A stretch of DNA of 63,946 bases, filler included, from Bonamia ostreae (Eukaryota): the NCBI GenBank assembly GCA_040357525.1. It is 9 parts of 9 records of this genome, joined end to end, with 100 filler letters (N's around TTAATTAATTAA, not from the genome) between each part and the next. Parts side by side here need not be neighbours in the genome. Positions count along the whole stretch, not along the records: positions 57,125 to 63,946 come from JBDODL010000104.1; 8 more parts are not named here. One strand, 5' to 3'. The notes below the pieces were generated by a model. That model saw nothing but the letters and a program-made list of their open reading frames with translations. It made no database searches and was not told the origin of the DNA. Below are positions 62,307 through 63,946 of this stretch, piece after piece. The stretch's first letter is position 1; every line of letters begins with the position of its first letter. The translations under genes were made by a program, and so were the position numbers.

Positions 62307-63925
62307 ATGGTTCACGGAGCAGACAATTCAAATTTGAACCAAATGTTGGCGAACGATTTAATAAGAAAAGAACGACAAATCTACGACGGGAAGCGCATAA
62401 GAAAGCCTGTGATCCGAAAAGCGGTCGATTTTTATGCAACGACGATAAAGAATTTAGAGGTTCAAGACAGTTAAATTGGATACACTCAATTTTTGTAAAT
62501 TTAAAATTATAGACGAGACTGTACAAAAAACGAATGTACGAGCGCGAAGCGCTATTTCCATTGCCCGACTATGCCAGAGATGTTCAAATTTTGCATTTTG
62601 CTTATCTGCGTAGATGCTGCCTTCAAGCGAATTCTTGGATAATCTGGGAAACGCCTTCTGCACAAAATACATTTCGACTTCCGTCAACAAAACGAGGTGC
62701 CCGGTAAATGCAGTCTGCGTTTTAATTGAATATTTACAGTGGACTCCAGAAGGGAGAAGGTTAATAACCGGGACTCACACCGGAGAGTTCACACTGTGGA
62801 ATGGACTCCTCTTTAATTTCGAGACCATCCTTCAAGCGCATGACGATCCTATTCGCTGCATGGTTTGGTCGCACAACGAAGAATGGATGGTCACTGGCGA
62901 CGACATGGGCATTTTAAAGTTTTAAGCCATTATTTCACAATACCGGATTTTATCGCAATTATTAAATAAACATTATCCGTATATTTATACAATTGCTTTT
63001 GAAGCTTTACAACTCTTTGGCGTTCCATAATGTTTATAGATACTGGCAAGGAAACATGAACAACGTGAAAGCGTTCAGAGCCCACGAAGGCCATTCCGTC
63101 CGGAAAACAGCCTTCAGTCCCTCAGACAAAAAATTCGCCACCGCTTCCGACGACGGCTTCGTCAAACTGTGGGACTTCGAACGTTCCTTATGCGAAAGGC
63201 GCCTCGAGGGCCATGGCTGGGACGTGAAAGCTCTCGACTGGCACCCCTCCCAAGCTCTCCTCGCTTCCGGGGGAAAGGACCAGCGCCTCAGAATCTGGGA
63301 CCCGCGCACCGGCACAGCCGTCGCCACCAGAACTGCCCACAAGCACACGATCACTTGTCTGCAATTCAACCAAAACGGCAACTGGCTGCTCACCGGCTCT
63401 CGCGACCAGTTGCTGCGGCTTTGGGATATCCGCAAACTGAAGGAACTCGCTGTTTTCCGGGGCCACTCCAAAGAGGTCACTTGCTTGCAATGGCACCCTT
63501 TGCACGAGTCGCTGTTCACCTCAGGCGGGTTCGGCGGGACGGTGCTGCACTGGATCGTGGGCGAGCCGGACGAACCGGCCGTGCAGATCATAGGGGCCCA
63601 CGACAACTCGGTCTGGGACGTTGCCTGGCACCCGCTCGGGAATGTCCTGTGCACGGGCAGCAGCGACCACACCACCCGATTTTGGGGCAGAAACAGACCG
63701 GGGGACAAGATGGAAGACAGGTACAACGCCTATTTGCTGCCGGAGGAAAAGCGCGGCAAAGCCTTTACGGATTTGGAGGGGGCGGCTCTGCTCAACCCGA
63801 ACAAGTTTGGGCAGAGGCTATCCGCGATAAGTGACCAATGGAGGGAAATGCAGGAGAGCGTCAAAAACCCACTGCGCGAAGAGTCCGAGGTCATTCCGCT
63901 GCTCGGCGGAGGAGAAAATTTTTAA
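62307..63925 (+). CDS. WDR33: Polyadenylation factor WDR33/Pfs2
   Basis: [51 protein letters not shown]....[17 protein letters not shown]; four GT-AG introns. Confidence 0.95.
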
Positions 63926-63946
63926 AGCATTTTTGAAATCATTTTT

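Overview
Eukaryotic nuclear DNA from a very compact, AT-rich protist genome. My inference, from gene content and style only, is a rhizarian parasite such as the haplosporidian Bonamia. The window is not one locus. It is nine unrelated ~7 kb contigs in descending length order, joined by artificial 100-nt N44-TTAATTAATTAA-N44 linkers, so gene neighbourhood across linkers is meaningless. About 35 genes are visible, including RAD23, SMC1, a ZIP transporter, NF-YA, NF-YB, a cyclophilin, RPS3, mitochondrial uS17, syntaxin-18, OAT, SRPK, ATAD3, MOB, a Rab, eIF4E and WDR33. They are broken by ultra-short (19-24 nt) GT-AG introns with an unusual GTT-dominated donor; a minority of introns are expanded by minisatellites. 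Most notable: (1) a single spliced gene predicted to fuse a homeodomain, a linker-histone (H15) winged helix and an ISWI-like SNF2 ATPase; (2) a stand-alone Trl1/Rnl1-like ATP-dependent RNA ligase; (3) a ~13-module sushi/CCP surface protein and a second large Cys-rich membrane protein; (4) a degenerate tRNA-like structured element inside an ATAD3 intron; (5) a spliced PET117-like microprotein missed by the ORF track. All gene models were spliced by eye and boundaries are approximate where stated.
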